NCBI RefSeq assembly: GCF_006345805.1
Contig: NC_043009.1
Location: 1,736,001-1,800,000, forward strand
Source of the DNA: Octopus sinensis
Taxonomy: Eukaryota
Direction of reading: 5' to 3'
DNA: 64,000 bases
The position numbers were made by a program, and so were the translations under genes. Position 1 is the stretch's first letter. Every line of letters begins with the position of its first letter. The notes below the pieces were generated by a model, which did no database searches, had not been told where the DNA came from, and saw only the letters and a list, made by a program, of their open reading frames with translations. This document shows positions 51,271-64,000 of the stretch, one piece after another.

Positions 51271-51603
51271 ATAGTTGGATAAATAGTGTATATATTAGTG
51301 GCACTCCGTCGGTTACCACTGGTCCATTGCGCCTCCACTATACAACTACATACGAATGCGTACACTATATTACATACTATAAGTGTTCAAGTTTTATAAG
51401 GACGTAAATAAACCAGCGTCGGTTGTCTAACGGTGGCGGTGGGGACGAACACATGCAGAAAGAGACATACACACATATATACATACATATATAAAGATAC
51501 ATACACACAATATACAAACATACGTACATATACATGTATGTGTATATATGTATATATATATGTATATATGTATATATATGTATGTTATGTATGTATATAT
51601 ATA

Positions 51604-51678
<75 letters not shown>

Positions 51679-51839
51679 CACACATACACACACATATAAA
51701 ATACAAAGATAAACGGATGGACGATGGCAGTTCATTCCATGCTACACGCGTTTCCGTAGCAAATCGTTTATTGATTACAAATGAAATTACATGTAATTAC
51801 TTGTATCAGATATGCCATAAATGTTCGTTACATCTTCAG

Positions 51840-51897
51840 GTTGTACCGAACTGCGAAGGTGGCAACAGTTGGAAACGAGAACCAACACAAAGTTCAC
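51840..51897 (+). other. Candidate 58-nt exon
   Basis: CATCTTCAG acceptor and GTTAGT donor; all three frames open; no recognisable protein. Confidence 0.2.
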
Positions 51898-52060
51898 GTT
51901 AGTAGGAGTAGTGAGGAAAAGACAATCAGCCAATCAGACGGCTTTGTCATCGTCACATCGACCGAACAGGAAAAAAAAGGTGTGGTTATTGTAATCACAA
52001 ACAGCTTTTGATAAAGGTAGATAGCTTCGACATTGACATGCTACCCGCTACTTAGTACTA

Positions 52061-52261
52061 CGAAGGGTGCTGAAAAGTTCCCGGCTTTAAGGGTGTCGCG
52101 AAAGGATTGGTTGGAAGCCTAAACTTCTGAATTCTTTTACAGGTCGTTTAGAAGAATTGAAGGACCGCTGCAATAAGGGTGTGAATCTGAGAGGGGGTTG
52201 CGTTGAATAATTTTATGATTAACTGATTCTCCTGTATTTTCTTTTACCCAAAGCCAAGAAC
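52061..52261. mobile_element. Mariner-derived MITE, truncated
   Basis: TA followed by CGAAGGGTGCTGAAAAGTTCC; degenerate complementary end ...CCAAAGCCAAGAAC. Confidence 0.6.
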
Positions 52262-52821
52262 AGCGCAAATATTAAAGAATCAGTCGGCGGGAGGATTTCA
52301 GCTCGTCATTTGATCTGATTGGCTGAGTCGCAATCACGTGAGCTAATGCTTTTCTTTTTTGCAGCAGTCTCGGAAAATCTGCGTCTTGTCACAGAAAGAA
52401 CGTATTATAAAAAGACCGGATTTTAAATTATCCACGTTCATAGCTTTAGATACTTAAAAATCCATGTTCAAGGCTGAAACACTGTTCATGGACCATAGAT
52501 TTAACCAATCAGAAGAGATAGACAGTTTTATAAAGTATTTGTCAGTGGCTGCTCACAATAGCGCCTTTCTTAATAACGGCCATAAAAACCACTAATTCAA
52601 ACCTTAAATACAATAAAACGAAAATTTTCAACATTTATTCACGATTGTCTTTTTGATTAAATATTCATTCAACATCTGTGTTCAAATGTCAACCATTTAT
52701 TTCATTTGCATTTATGCGGTTTTGAAGTTAATTGTTTGCAATACTTCTAAATCGAGTACGCTATTATTTTAAACTGTAAGTTCGTTATTTCATACCTTAG
52801 CCAATCAAGTAGAATATCACC

Positions 52822-53668
<847 letters not shown>

Positions 53669-53669
53669 A

Positions 53670-53757
<88 letters not shown>

Positions 53758-54009
53758 CATCTATTGCTTATGCATGTATGTATGTATGTATGTATGTATG
53801 TATGTATGTATGTATGATGTATGTATGTATGTATGTATGTACGTACGTATTTATATGTTTGTATGTATGTATGTATGTATGCATGTTTGTATGTATGTAT
53901 GTATGTTATTGTTCTGTTTTATTTCAAGATTTCTTGCCAATAGAGAAAAAGCCGGTTTCTTTGATTAATATACATACATACATACATACATACTACATAC
54001 ATACATACA

Positions 54010-54043
<34 letters not shown>

Positions 54044-54249
54044 CATATACACACATAATTAAAATTCGGATAAGAAACTTGTAGAATGCTATGCAAAGCT
54101 CGTCCACAGTTATTGGTTACCTAATGTCATCATACTATAGAAATGGTTTTGTTACTGGATGCACATCAAGAATTCCATACTATCCGCAGAGTTTATATTT
54201 ATAAATAAATGACAGAAAATGGAACGAACGGCATTCTTCATTTAAAATC

Positions 54250-54500
54250 ATAATTGTTTCGGCATATTTTTACACCTTCAGTATATAGGTAAGATATTGT
54301 GTAATCATTATCATCCATCGAAGGTGCAAAATATGCATTATTACACTGCGTGAAATGACGGACAGAATTGAACGAAAGGTTAATTTAAACAATCACCTGA
54401 TGAGGTGCATTTTACACCATGGTTGCTTAGCAATGATTACACAACGCCTTACTTATGTTATAAAGGTGTTAAAACATATTGAAACAATTGTAGCGCTTTT
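54250..54500. mobile_element. Inverted pair of Penelope-type ends with degenerate hammerhead (54391-54498, plus strand)
   Basis: ~58-bp diverged inverted repeat at 54252-54310 / 54431-54490; AAUCAC-CUGAUGA-GGUG...GAA-ACAAUUGU-A. Confidence 0.5.
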
Positions 54501-55668
54501 GAATAAAGGAATTCATTCATTCCATTTTCCATTATGTATGTATGTATCTATGTTTGTATGTATGTGTGTTTGTGCGTGCGTGCGTGCGTGTGTGTGCATG
54601 TGTATACACACATGTACATACATATAATTGCATGCGAGCACACATGCCTCTATATATGCTTGTATTTATCTATATATTATGTATATTTATGTATGTGTAT
54701 CCACGACCTCTGTATATATTTATGAGGTTCTTTCAAGAATAAACTGCTAATGAGCGAAAATATGTTTTAAAGATATCAGAGAGATTAGAATTTCATATCA
54801 TTTTATATATGATATCGCTCAGAATTTAAACAATGCAACTCAATACTTCAAACTCGAATTACATACTTAAAAAGATGACATTTTAAATTTGAGTTTTAAT
54901 TATTTTTAAATAAAGAAAAATATTACGACAGAAATTCGAACTAACTTTCGTTATATTGCCATTGGAAACGGCGTTAATTTTGTTGATAACTGTGAATATA
55001 TTAACGCTAGATGTCAGGACAGGTTTTGCCGTTAATGTTGGCTTTGTGTACGTTTCTAATATTTTATTAAGAAACTAAATATATGTATTGTTTAATGCTT
55101 AATAAAATGGTTTATAGTTGCATTGATTAGCAGTTTTGCCATGGAAGCAAAATGCGCGAACCAATAAATTATCAATCGTTAATTGTCTTTTTATTTTGCT
55201 TTTTATTTTGGTTTCTCGCGTTTTTTTTTGTTCTAAACAAAGATACAAAATTTAATTGTTTGTTGTTTAATAAGCGAACAGTTTTGCTTTAATCACTTGA
55301 TATCGAATAACATTCGTGATCGCGCACGCACACACATACGAACATATACGCACACACACACACACGTACATACGTGCACACACATGCGCACACATGCACA
55401 GACGTGTGTACACAGACACACAAGAAAAAATACAGAAGCACACACACATACACGCACACACATACACACACACACGCACACACACAGGTACACACACATG
55501 TACAAGATACTTAAGAATTTCGATTACACACACACATATATATATATATTCATATACATACATTCAAGCACTCATACACATGCATGTATATATACATACT
55601 TACACATATATGCATGTATGTTTGTATGTATCTATGCATGTATGTATATATATGTATGCATGCATGTA

Positions 55669-55723
<55 letters not shown>

Positions 55724-55772
55724 ATATATATATATATATATATAATATATAATATATATATATATAAAGATT

Positions 55773-55808
<36 letters not shown>

Positions 55809-57296
55809 AATATATATAAAGATTATATATATATATATAATATATATATATATATTATATAAATATATATATATATATATATAAAGATACGTATGTATAC
55901 AAACCGAAAGAAATAAATATGCAGTTATTTTAGATGTTAATAGTTATTTCAAGCTTAATAACATCCAACGAAAATCATGTGATGCGTCATAATAACATTT
56001 TAAATAATAATTACAATAATAATAATAATAATAATGATTGTTGTTTGTTGCGAACGGCCAGGTTTCATGTTACACTACATAGAAGATGCTTTTCGTCTTG
56101 TATTACAATAATAAGATGAAGTTTATTTTGTTGGTTTGTTTGCTTTTTTTTTCTTAGGGGGCATTCTTTTATTACCAACAAAATTCATAATGTTTAAATG
56201 TCTCCCTCATCACCTGGACTACGGTCAAGGTTTGTCAGTAGAGCTTGTGTTTTCTTTTTCTTTAAGTGTTTTCACATTTTCTCAAATAGCCATTTGCAAT
56301 AGTTACGTACGTTGCAAGATGGTTGCCTTAGAAGAGAGTAGCAGGAAGAGATACCCACTATGGTGGTGGTAGCATTAAGGTAAATAAACGTGTCTAAATT
56401 GTTAATCAAAATATACAAACAGAACTACGAACTTAGATACTCAGGCAAATACAATAGGAAACACACACGCGCGCACACAAACTCACAGACAGACACTCCC
56501 TGTCTGTCTGTCTCTCTCACACACGTACACACACAGAGTTTTGGGAACAGTAAATGTAAAACAGAAAGCAAAAAATATATCGATAGCACAACATCAACAT
56601 CATCATTTCATTTTGCCAGGATTATGAAACAAAGGGGCCACCTCGACTTAAACCAGTTTAAGACGAAGGAAAATAAATAGGCGAGGTGCGTTACAAAGGT
56701 AGGTACCTCCTTGCCGGAGAAATTATCCTGAAAAGGGCGAGAAGGAAAGTGATGCTCCTCTGCTTTCATAGCAGCTCAAAGAACGTGTTAGAGGAAGGCC
56801 TGACCAATGTAGGATAAAATGTGTTCCGTCGCCTGAAGCAGGGCTTACAGTAGCGTGTGGCTAATTTTTAAGATCGTGAGCAATGCAAGAAGACTGGGGG
56901 AGCGGTTGCTTCTCATACCTGTTCCAAAATTCGCGCAACCTAAACATATATTTTCAGAGATAACTCCACAATTTTAATCTTGATAAAACATTAAATGAAA
57001 GAAAATTTGTTTTAGAGAGTAAGAATTTATTCTTTTAAAACAAAGACATAATTTATTATTTTGGAAATGGTGAATATCATTTGTTTTATAAAGTGAAATT
57101 TTTTTAATTAAATTTTATTAAAAACACCTCATCTGGCGAAACACCGGAATTTTTTTCACGAACCCCTGTGATTCTTCGGAACCCATTTTGAGAAACTTAT
57201 CTAACGTTACTTCGAAATGCATGGAAAAAGAAAACAAAAATAGTTTAAATAAAGAGTTTAATCGTGTAGAAAAATCTCATTACTTTTTCGGTTAAG

Positions 57297-57612
57297 GGAG
57301 TGTGGGTTAGTGGTTAGGGGTATTCGGCTCCCGATCGTATAGTCGTGAGTTCGATTCCTGGTAGCACGTTGTGTCCTTGAGCAAGACACTTTATTCCATG
57401 TTGCTCCAGTTCACTCAACTGGCAAAAATGAATTGTACCCGTAATTCAAAAGGGCCAGCCTTGTCTCATTCTGCTTCACGCCGAATCTCCATGACAACTA
57501 CGTTAAGGGTACACCTGTCTGTGAAATGCTCAGCCACTTGCACGTTAATTTAAAACGAGCAGGCTGCTCTGTTCAGCTGGAACAGTCGTCGTCGTAACCG
57601 ACGGAGTGCCGA
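57297..57612 (+). mobile_element. tRNA SINE (GTAACCGACGGAGTGCC-tail family)
   Basis: Homologous to 12913 and 50908. Confidence 0.8.
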
Positions 57613-57659
57613 ATAGGGGAGTGAGGTGACAGCATCGAGTACCGTACATATGTCTTTCC

Positions 57660-58100
57660 CTTGCATCTGTGGTGGTGTTGGTGGTGATGGTGGTAGTGGT
57701 GGTGGTGTTGGTGATGGTAGTAGTGCTGATGGTGGTGTCGGTGGTGGTGGTGATGATCATTGCGGTGGTGGTGGTGGTGATAGTGGCGATGGTGGTGATG
57801 GTTGTGATGATCATGTTGTTGGTGATGGTGGTGGTGGTGATCATGTTGTTGGTGGTGGTAGCGGAACCGTCAGTTAAATATGTTGGGTGGCGGTGGTGAT
57901 GTTGGCGGTTGTAGTTGTAGCTATAGTAGCCGTAATAACCGCAGCATCGAAATAGTTCGGACTAGTCATGTTAGTAATTGTTGCGTGTACAATAACGGTT
58001 GTAGCATTAGTGGTACTGGTGGCGGTGCTGTTGGTAGGGTTGTTTGTTGTGGAAGAAGTTGTTTAGGTAGAAGTTGTAGTGGTTATAATTCTCACTGACG
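57660..58100. repeat. (GGT/GAT/TGT)n low-complexity tract
   Basis: Direct reading. Confidence 0.9.
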
Positions 58101-58139
58101 TCATTCCCGTCGTCGTCGCAGTCATCGCCACCATAATAT

Positions 58140-58690
58140 TAACTTTATCCTTTTGCCGAGGTCAACTTTGCCTTTCATCCTTTCGGAGTCGATAAATCAA
58201 GTACCAGTTGCGTACTGAGGATCGCTCTAATCCACTGGCCCCATTTCCCCAAAATTTCGGGCATTGTGCCTAGAGTAGAAAAGAATATTTTAAGGCGGCG
58301 AGCTGGCAGAAACGTTAGCACGCCGGGCGAAATGCGTAGCCGTATTTCGTCTGCCGTTATGTTCTGAGTTCAAATTCCGCCGAGGTCGACTTTGCCTTTC
58401 GTCCTTTCGGGATCGATTAAATAAATACCAGTTACGCACTGGGGTCGAAATAATCGACTTAATCCATTTGTCTGTCCTTGTTTGTCCCCTCTGTGTTTAG
58501 CCCCTTGTGGGCAGTAAAGAAATAAGTATTTCGTCTGTCTTTACGTTCTGAGTTCAAATTCCGCTGAGATCGTCTTTCCCTTTCATCCTTTCGGGGTCGT
58601 TAAATTAAATACCAGATGCGTACTGGGGTCAATCTAATCGAGTGGCTCCTTCCCCCAAAATTTCGGGTCTTGTGCTTCGAGTAAAAAAAA
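58140..58690 (+). mobile_element. Cluster of SINE copies (AGGCGGCGAGCTGGCAG family)
   Basis: One full copy at about 58292-58525 plus partial copies on both sides. Confidence 0.85.
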
Positions 58691-59226
58691 AAAAGAATAT
58701 TAACTTAAAATATCGGATCTGAGGGAAAGCATAACGTAAATTATTACATGAATTATTTCCCTTTCCACAATAAAGCAAAAGTTATCTCCCTTACAAATAT
58801 AAGCGATGAGAAATCGAACGCCCGTTCGTCACCTCCACTCAGTGATTAAGATACGAAATTAACGATATATTAATTGGTTTGAGCGGGTTTTTCTTAGTTT
58901 TATATAGCGATAATTTTGATGACATATACTATTTAAATTAAAGAACAGCAAAGGAATATCTGTGGTAGTTTGCTACGAAAACCCGCGTTTCCGTGTTCAA
59001 TGCCAGAGCGCGTAATCTTGGACACGTGTCGTCACTATATATATATGTATTTATATACGTACGTACGTACGTATGTATGTATGTATGTATGTATGTATGT
59101 ATGTATGTATGTATGTATGTATGTATGCATGTATGTATGTATGTATATATATATGTGTGTATATATATATATACATGTCTGTGTATGTGTGTGTGTGTGT
59201 TATATGTATATGTGTGTGTGTGTATA

Positions 59227-59297
<71 letters not shown>

Positions 59298-59299
<2 letters not shown>

Positions 59300-59429
59300 T
59301 TATTTTATAGAAGGAGCTTCTACAGGACTAGAACTGTTTCATTCAAATGAAATCATCAGGAAGCTTCCTGATGTTTTCATTTGAATGAAACAGTTCTAGT
59401 CCTGTAGAAGCTCCTTCTATAAAATAAAT
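59298..59429. repeat. 132-bp loopless palindrome made of two back-to-back hammerhead folds
   Basis: Axis AAG|CTT at 59363/59364; one mismatch (59353/59374). Confidence 0.9.
59315..59365 (-). ncRNA. Type I hammerhead candidate
   Basis: AGCUUC-CUGAUGA-UUUC(AUUU)GAAU-GAA-ACAG(UUCUAGUC)CUGU-A-GAAGCU; U.U at 10.1/11.1. Confidence 0.6.
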
Positions 59430-59497
59430 TAATTTACTCTGCCATGTATTGAGTACCTTATTTACTGTGGTTAACCCCGACTCAACCCGGGACCTAC

Positions 59498-59538
<41 letters not shown>

Positions 59539-59925
59539 GTGTGTGTATATATATATGTGTATATATATATGTGTGTGTGTATATATATATATATTATATA
59601 TTATATGTGTATATATATATGTGTGTGGTGTATATATATATGTGTGTGTGTATATATTATATATATATATATTATATATATATATATATACACACACGCA
59701 CACATATATATATACACGTTTCATTCTTTCCTTCTGTGGCTGGCTGATTCGGAGCGGATCTCAGAATTCAACAGCCGAAACCTGCGATGAGGGATCAGTT
59801 TCTGACTGAAGAATGAAGGCTTGAATGACTTGCTTGTCTTTTTGTTCGTCTCTTCGTGTATTTCACGTTATTTATTTATGTAAAGGTTTATTATATATAT
59901 ATATATATATGTGTGTATATATGCA

Positions 59926-60085
59926 AGCGTGGCTGTGTGGTAAGAAGCTTGCTTCCGAACCACACAGCTCCGGTTTAGTGCCAATGCGTGGCACTCGGGC
60001 AAGTGTTTCCTACTGTAGATTCGTGTCGACGACCAAAGCCTTGTGAGTGGATTTGGTAGACGAAAACTGAAAGAAGTCCGTTCTA

Positions 60086-60176
<91 letters not shown>

Positions 60177-60210
60177 ATACATACATACATACATACATAC
60201 ATACATACAT

Positions 60211-60241
<31 letters not shown>

Positions 60242-60470
60242 TATCTATATATGTATATATATTTATATGTGTGTCTTTGTGTGTGTGCTTCTCATCCCAC
60301 CATCGCTCGACAACTGATGTTGGTGTGTTTATGTTCCCGAAACTTAGCGGTTCGGCAAAAGAGACCGAGAGAATAAGTACCAGGCTTACAAAGAATAAGT
60401 CCTGGAGTCGATTTCTTCGACTAAAGGCAGTACTCCAGCATGGTCACAGTCAAATGACTGAAACGTGTAA
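59926..60470 (+). mobile_element. Full-length CORE-like SINE with expanded internal microsatellite
   Basis: Head, core and tail. Confidence 0.9.
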
Positions 60471-60552
60471 AAACGTAATGTATGTACATACATGCATTGT
60501 ACACACATATGTGTATGTATGTATGTATGTATGTATGTATATATATATAAAG

Positions 60553-60878
60553 GGTAAAGACCCCCTTCGGTCATGAGTGACCATGGGTTTGCACCTAGTG
60601 AGTTACCCTCTGAGGCACAAGTCTGGGCAAGGTTGTTTTATGGAAGACCAGTAGTCGCCCATGCATACCGGCCTCCCCTCTCCACGCCACCAGTGTTATC
60701 CAAGGGAAAGACAAAGGTCGATACAGCTTGGCACCTGTGACGTCGCAACTCATTTCTACAGCTGAGTGAACTGGAGCAACGTGAAATAAAGTGTCTTGCT
60801 CAAGAACACAACACGCAGCCCGGTCCGGGATTCGAGCTCACAACCTCACGATCGTAAGCTCGACGCTCTAACCACTGA

Positions 60879-60882
<4 letters not shown>
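60553..60882 (-). mobile_element. Full-length tRNA SINE (family of 34716)
   Basis: Reverse complement match. Confidence 0.9.
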
Positions 60883-60915
<33 letters not shown>

Positions 60916-61039
60916 GCACGCACACACCGTGTTACCACCGATTGTGATAGAACTCAACATAAGCCTGAGCTTGTTACTATTCTGTACAGCTGAGTGGTGC
61001 TTGAGATGTAACCATGGCAACTAGAGCCATGCGCAGAGA

Positions 61040-62084
61040 CGGCTGCTCAGATGTCAGTTGGCCAGAGGAGATTCTGAAAATGAATTTGTTTTAATAGTTT
61101 CAGATAAAGTCTTTTGCCTTCTACGATTCGTGGTGTCTCTCCAGCGAAACATCAACCAATTTTGTTTGAAAGTTGGTTAGATCCAGCTCCAGTGTAGCCG
61201 GGTGCCCTCTTTTCCCTTTCTAACTTCCCTGACGAGCTGGGTCACCATAGTGATATAGTCATTATTCAGCAGATAGTCGCAGAGACACTGAGACACAATG
61301 CTGAAGCAAATTCTGCCCTCCACGTCGAACAAGCAAATGATACGAAACTGGTCGGTCTTCCGGCTTTTTTACGCATTTTCTTTCGGCGTATCTGCAAGAA
61401 TGGCCAACTTTCCCTTTCATCAAGATCACTTATGATCCCTTCCAGAATCAATGGAATGGCATTGCGTAGTTCTTATAAAGTGTGTAAGGCACTACACTGG
61501 CCTCATTTTGGATGTCTGTTCTTTTACCATTTCTTCCACTCCTCAAGAAATGCTTGTTTAGACTGAATCGCACTGTTGTTCATGGCGGTGTTATCTATTT
61601 CTTTCATGAACCCAACGACTGGTTTCTCTTGATGTCGCTGTAAGTGCTGGTGAGGTAATCGAAGACGGCGCCTTTGGAACAGCTCAAGTGGTCGGTCTTC
61701 GTCTGACCTAGAAGCTGTCTGCTCTGCCAATCGCTACTCTCTTCCTTGTCCGCTCTCTTCGCTTTCTTTTATAACTCTCCGCTCTCGTCAGATGCTCTTT
61801 AACCCTCTCCCACTTTCTTGCATTACCTCTTCAGAAACCTAAATTCTTTTAATTTTAATTGTTTGTTTCAGTCATTTGACAGTGGCCATGCTGGAGTACC
61901 GCCTTAAAAGGCTTTTAGTCGAACAAATCAACGCCAGCACTTACTTTTTTAAAACCTGGTACTTATTCATCCGACTCTTATGCCGAACCGCTAAGTTACG
62001 GGGACGTAGACACACCAACACGGTTGTCAAGCGGTGATGGGGGGGACAAACATTTCACACAAATACCTCCCCATATATATATAT

Positions 62085-62117
<33 letters not shown>

Positions 62118-63270
62118 TTATTTATTTATATACATATATGTGTGTGTATGTACGACGGGCTTCTTTCAGTTTCCATCTACCAAATCCACTCACAAGGCTT
62201 TGGTCAGCCCGAGGCCATTGTAGAAGACACTTTCCCAAGGTGCCATGCAGTGGGGCTGAACCCAGAACCATGTGGTTGGTATGCAAGCTTCTTACCACAC
62301 AGCTGCGCTTGTTGAATCTTCATTATTCTGTGATTTGGGGTATAGACTGATGCTATGGGCTTGGCTTTCTTTATCCCAAATCATTCAGCTTCCATATTAA
62401 TATGATGTCACTACGGGACGACACCTGCACCAGTGGCAGACCGTAAAAGGGAGAATAAGTCGCCCCTTCCGCCGGTAGACTGAGGTGGAACCTTGGGTAA
62501 GTGCTTGCAACCCCTTAGCCTCCAGTTCCAGGGATACGGTGAAGACGTCGGCAGCAGGAGGCTGGATAATCGACCAGGTGAAAGAGTCCTAGACCAACGG
62601 TTTGAAGATTATAGCGGCCAAGCGGAAGACCTGTACTATCAGACAACGGTGGGGTGTCACCTAGGAAGTGAGCGGCTTTGTAGGGCAGCCGCATCGTCGA
62701 CCATGCTAGTTGCACTCTTGGTACTTGGCGTAGAGGCCCAGAGAGGCAGTCCGGCGGTGGTGGTGGTGGTGGTGGTGATGGTGGGACGACGACGACGACG
62801 ACGGAAACTGCCTTAATCACCGTCCAAAGCGTTTTGCTTCAGAGAAGTGGGGCCAAAAAACTTCACCTGCAGCAGATATCGTCGCTGCTGCAAATCAACA
62901 AGCGAGCTTGGCGAAGATGATTTCTGAACAGATCAATCAATGCTGACCTACAACGGACAGCCGACGATGATGAATTTGGCTTAGCCTTTCAGCCTTTTCC
63001 AAGATTCAGTTTACGTCCTCATCAAGCTTCTGTCCTTCCTGTTGTGGTGCTTCACCATTCGATCCAAAGAATTGCGGCCATTGGATCAATGACTTGGTCA
63101 GGAGACCGTAACAAGCCATCAGATCAGCCAGAAGACTTCAGGCAGCGGCCGTGGCGACCCTTGGAGATTCTGAGCATCATTGTTTGCCTCAGGGCTTGGC
63201 ACTCTCTGCAACTTCTCAAAAGTTGTTTCTCTGCCTCGCATTGAGTTATCGCCTCCACTTGTAAAACATC
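61040..63270 (-). mobile_element. Decayed HERO-like (RLE-clade) non-LTR retrotransposon, interrupted by a SINE
   Basis: Minus strand QKLDEDVN*ILE; HLSCSKGAVFDYLTSTYSD; VPYTLYKN; DQFRIICLFDVEGRICFSIVSQCLCDYLLNNDYI; TQLVREVRKGK; many stops. Confidence 0.65.
61858..62315 (-). mobile_element. Full-length CORE-like SINE
   Basis: Family-diagnostic blocks. Confidence 0.88.
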
Positions 63271-63331
63271 CCACCTCGTATTGCTGTATTCTGGCAGGTT
63301 TTACAATAGATGTCCTGTATTTTTCATAGTA

Positions 63332-63601
63332 TCTTTATATCTATAAACGGCGAAATGTCTGTGTGTCTGTGTGTCTGTGTGTCCTTTATACAAATCCGCA
63401 GTTTTTCACATAAAAGGCTCACATTTTCTATGGGCTTTCAAAACTGTCTGAGGGTGGTCGTGAAGATCTTTTCATTTCCCAAGTGACCCCAGAAAGCCAT
63501 TAAAAAGAAAATCGATAAACCGACCCCTTATGCCCATACGTTATGGGCAGATCCATTCAAGTACTAGCACTGCACCCGGCAAGGCCGGGTCATAGTGCTA
63601 G
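63332..63601 (+). mobile_element. Non-autonomous Helitron
   Basis: A|TC start; ACCCGGC-AAG-GCCGGGT hairpin; CTAG|T end. Confidence 0.85.
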
Positions 63602-64000
63602 TGACACACTAAACTCTTTTTGCCATTGTCTTGTGTCATTTTTTTTGAGCCCTCCAGAAAGGGCTGCTCATTCTTCCTGCCTCACCTGTGAATACCTCAC
63701 CTGTGAATACCTTTGGGACTATATTTTCCTTGTTTCCAGTTTTCTCTTAGAAGATATAATTAGTTATATTAATTACTTGAACCCATGCAAATACATAAAT
63801 ATATCAATGCATATACATACACACAGACACACACACACATATGCATACACACATGCATACGTACGTACATACATACATTTATGCACACGGACACAGACAC
63901 ATACACACACGTGCGCGCGCATACATATGCACACACATAAAGGTCTTCCTTTTGAACATATAAATTAATAATATTAATTAAACGAACCCATGTAAATACA

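Noticed and set aside
61008-61021. Perfect X-box GTAACCATGGCAAC
   Set aside because: Lies at the edge of the decayed HERO RT, probably derived from coding sequence.

Overview
Eukaryotic, AT-rich, repeat-saturated DNA. The SINE, LINE and microsatellite content looks like an octopod (Octopus-type) genome; this is an inference from repeat families, not a database match. There is a 100-N scaffold gap at 449-548. No intact host protein-coding gene can be read; only a few candidate micro-exons and promoter-like motif clusters are visible. Most computed ORFs are microsatellite read-throughs. The centrepiece is a very young, apparently full-length Penelope-like retroelement (Neptune-type: ORF1, RT, Zn-knuckle, GIY-YIG) at about 38462-43645 on the minus strand. 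It has direct and inverted pseudo-LTRs, three minimal hammerhead ribozymes with a U3-A8 core, and a U-UUU-UUA heptamer exactly at the ORF1/pol junction. Around it lie several unrelated short (TA)n-embedded elements that each carry their own hammerhead fold (retrozyme-like), including two degenerate candidates with type II topology. Other residents are two Tx1/L1-like LINE copies both sitting in (TATC)n, fragments of HERO, R4/Dong and RTE LINEs, Tc1/mariner relics, non-autonomous Helitrons, MITEs and more than 25 tRNA-derived SINEs. Repeat boundaries were read by eye and are approximate unless termini are given.
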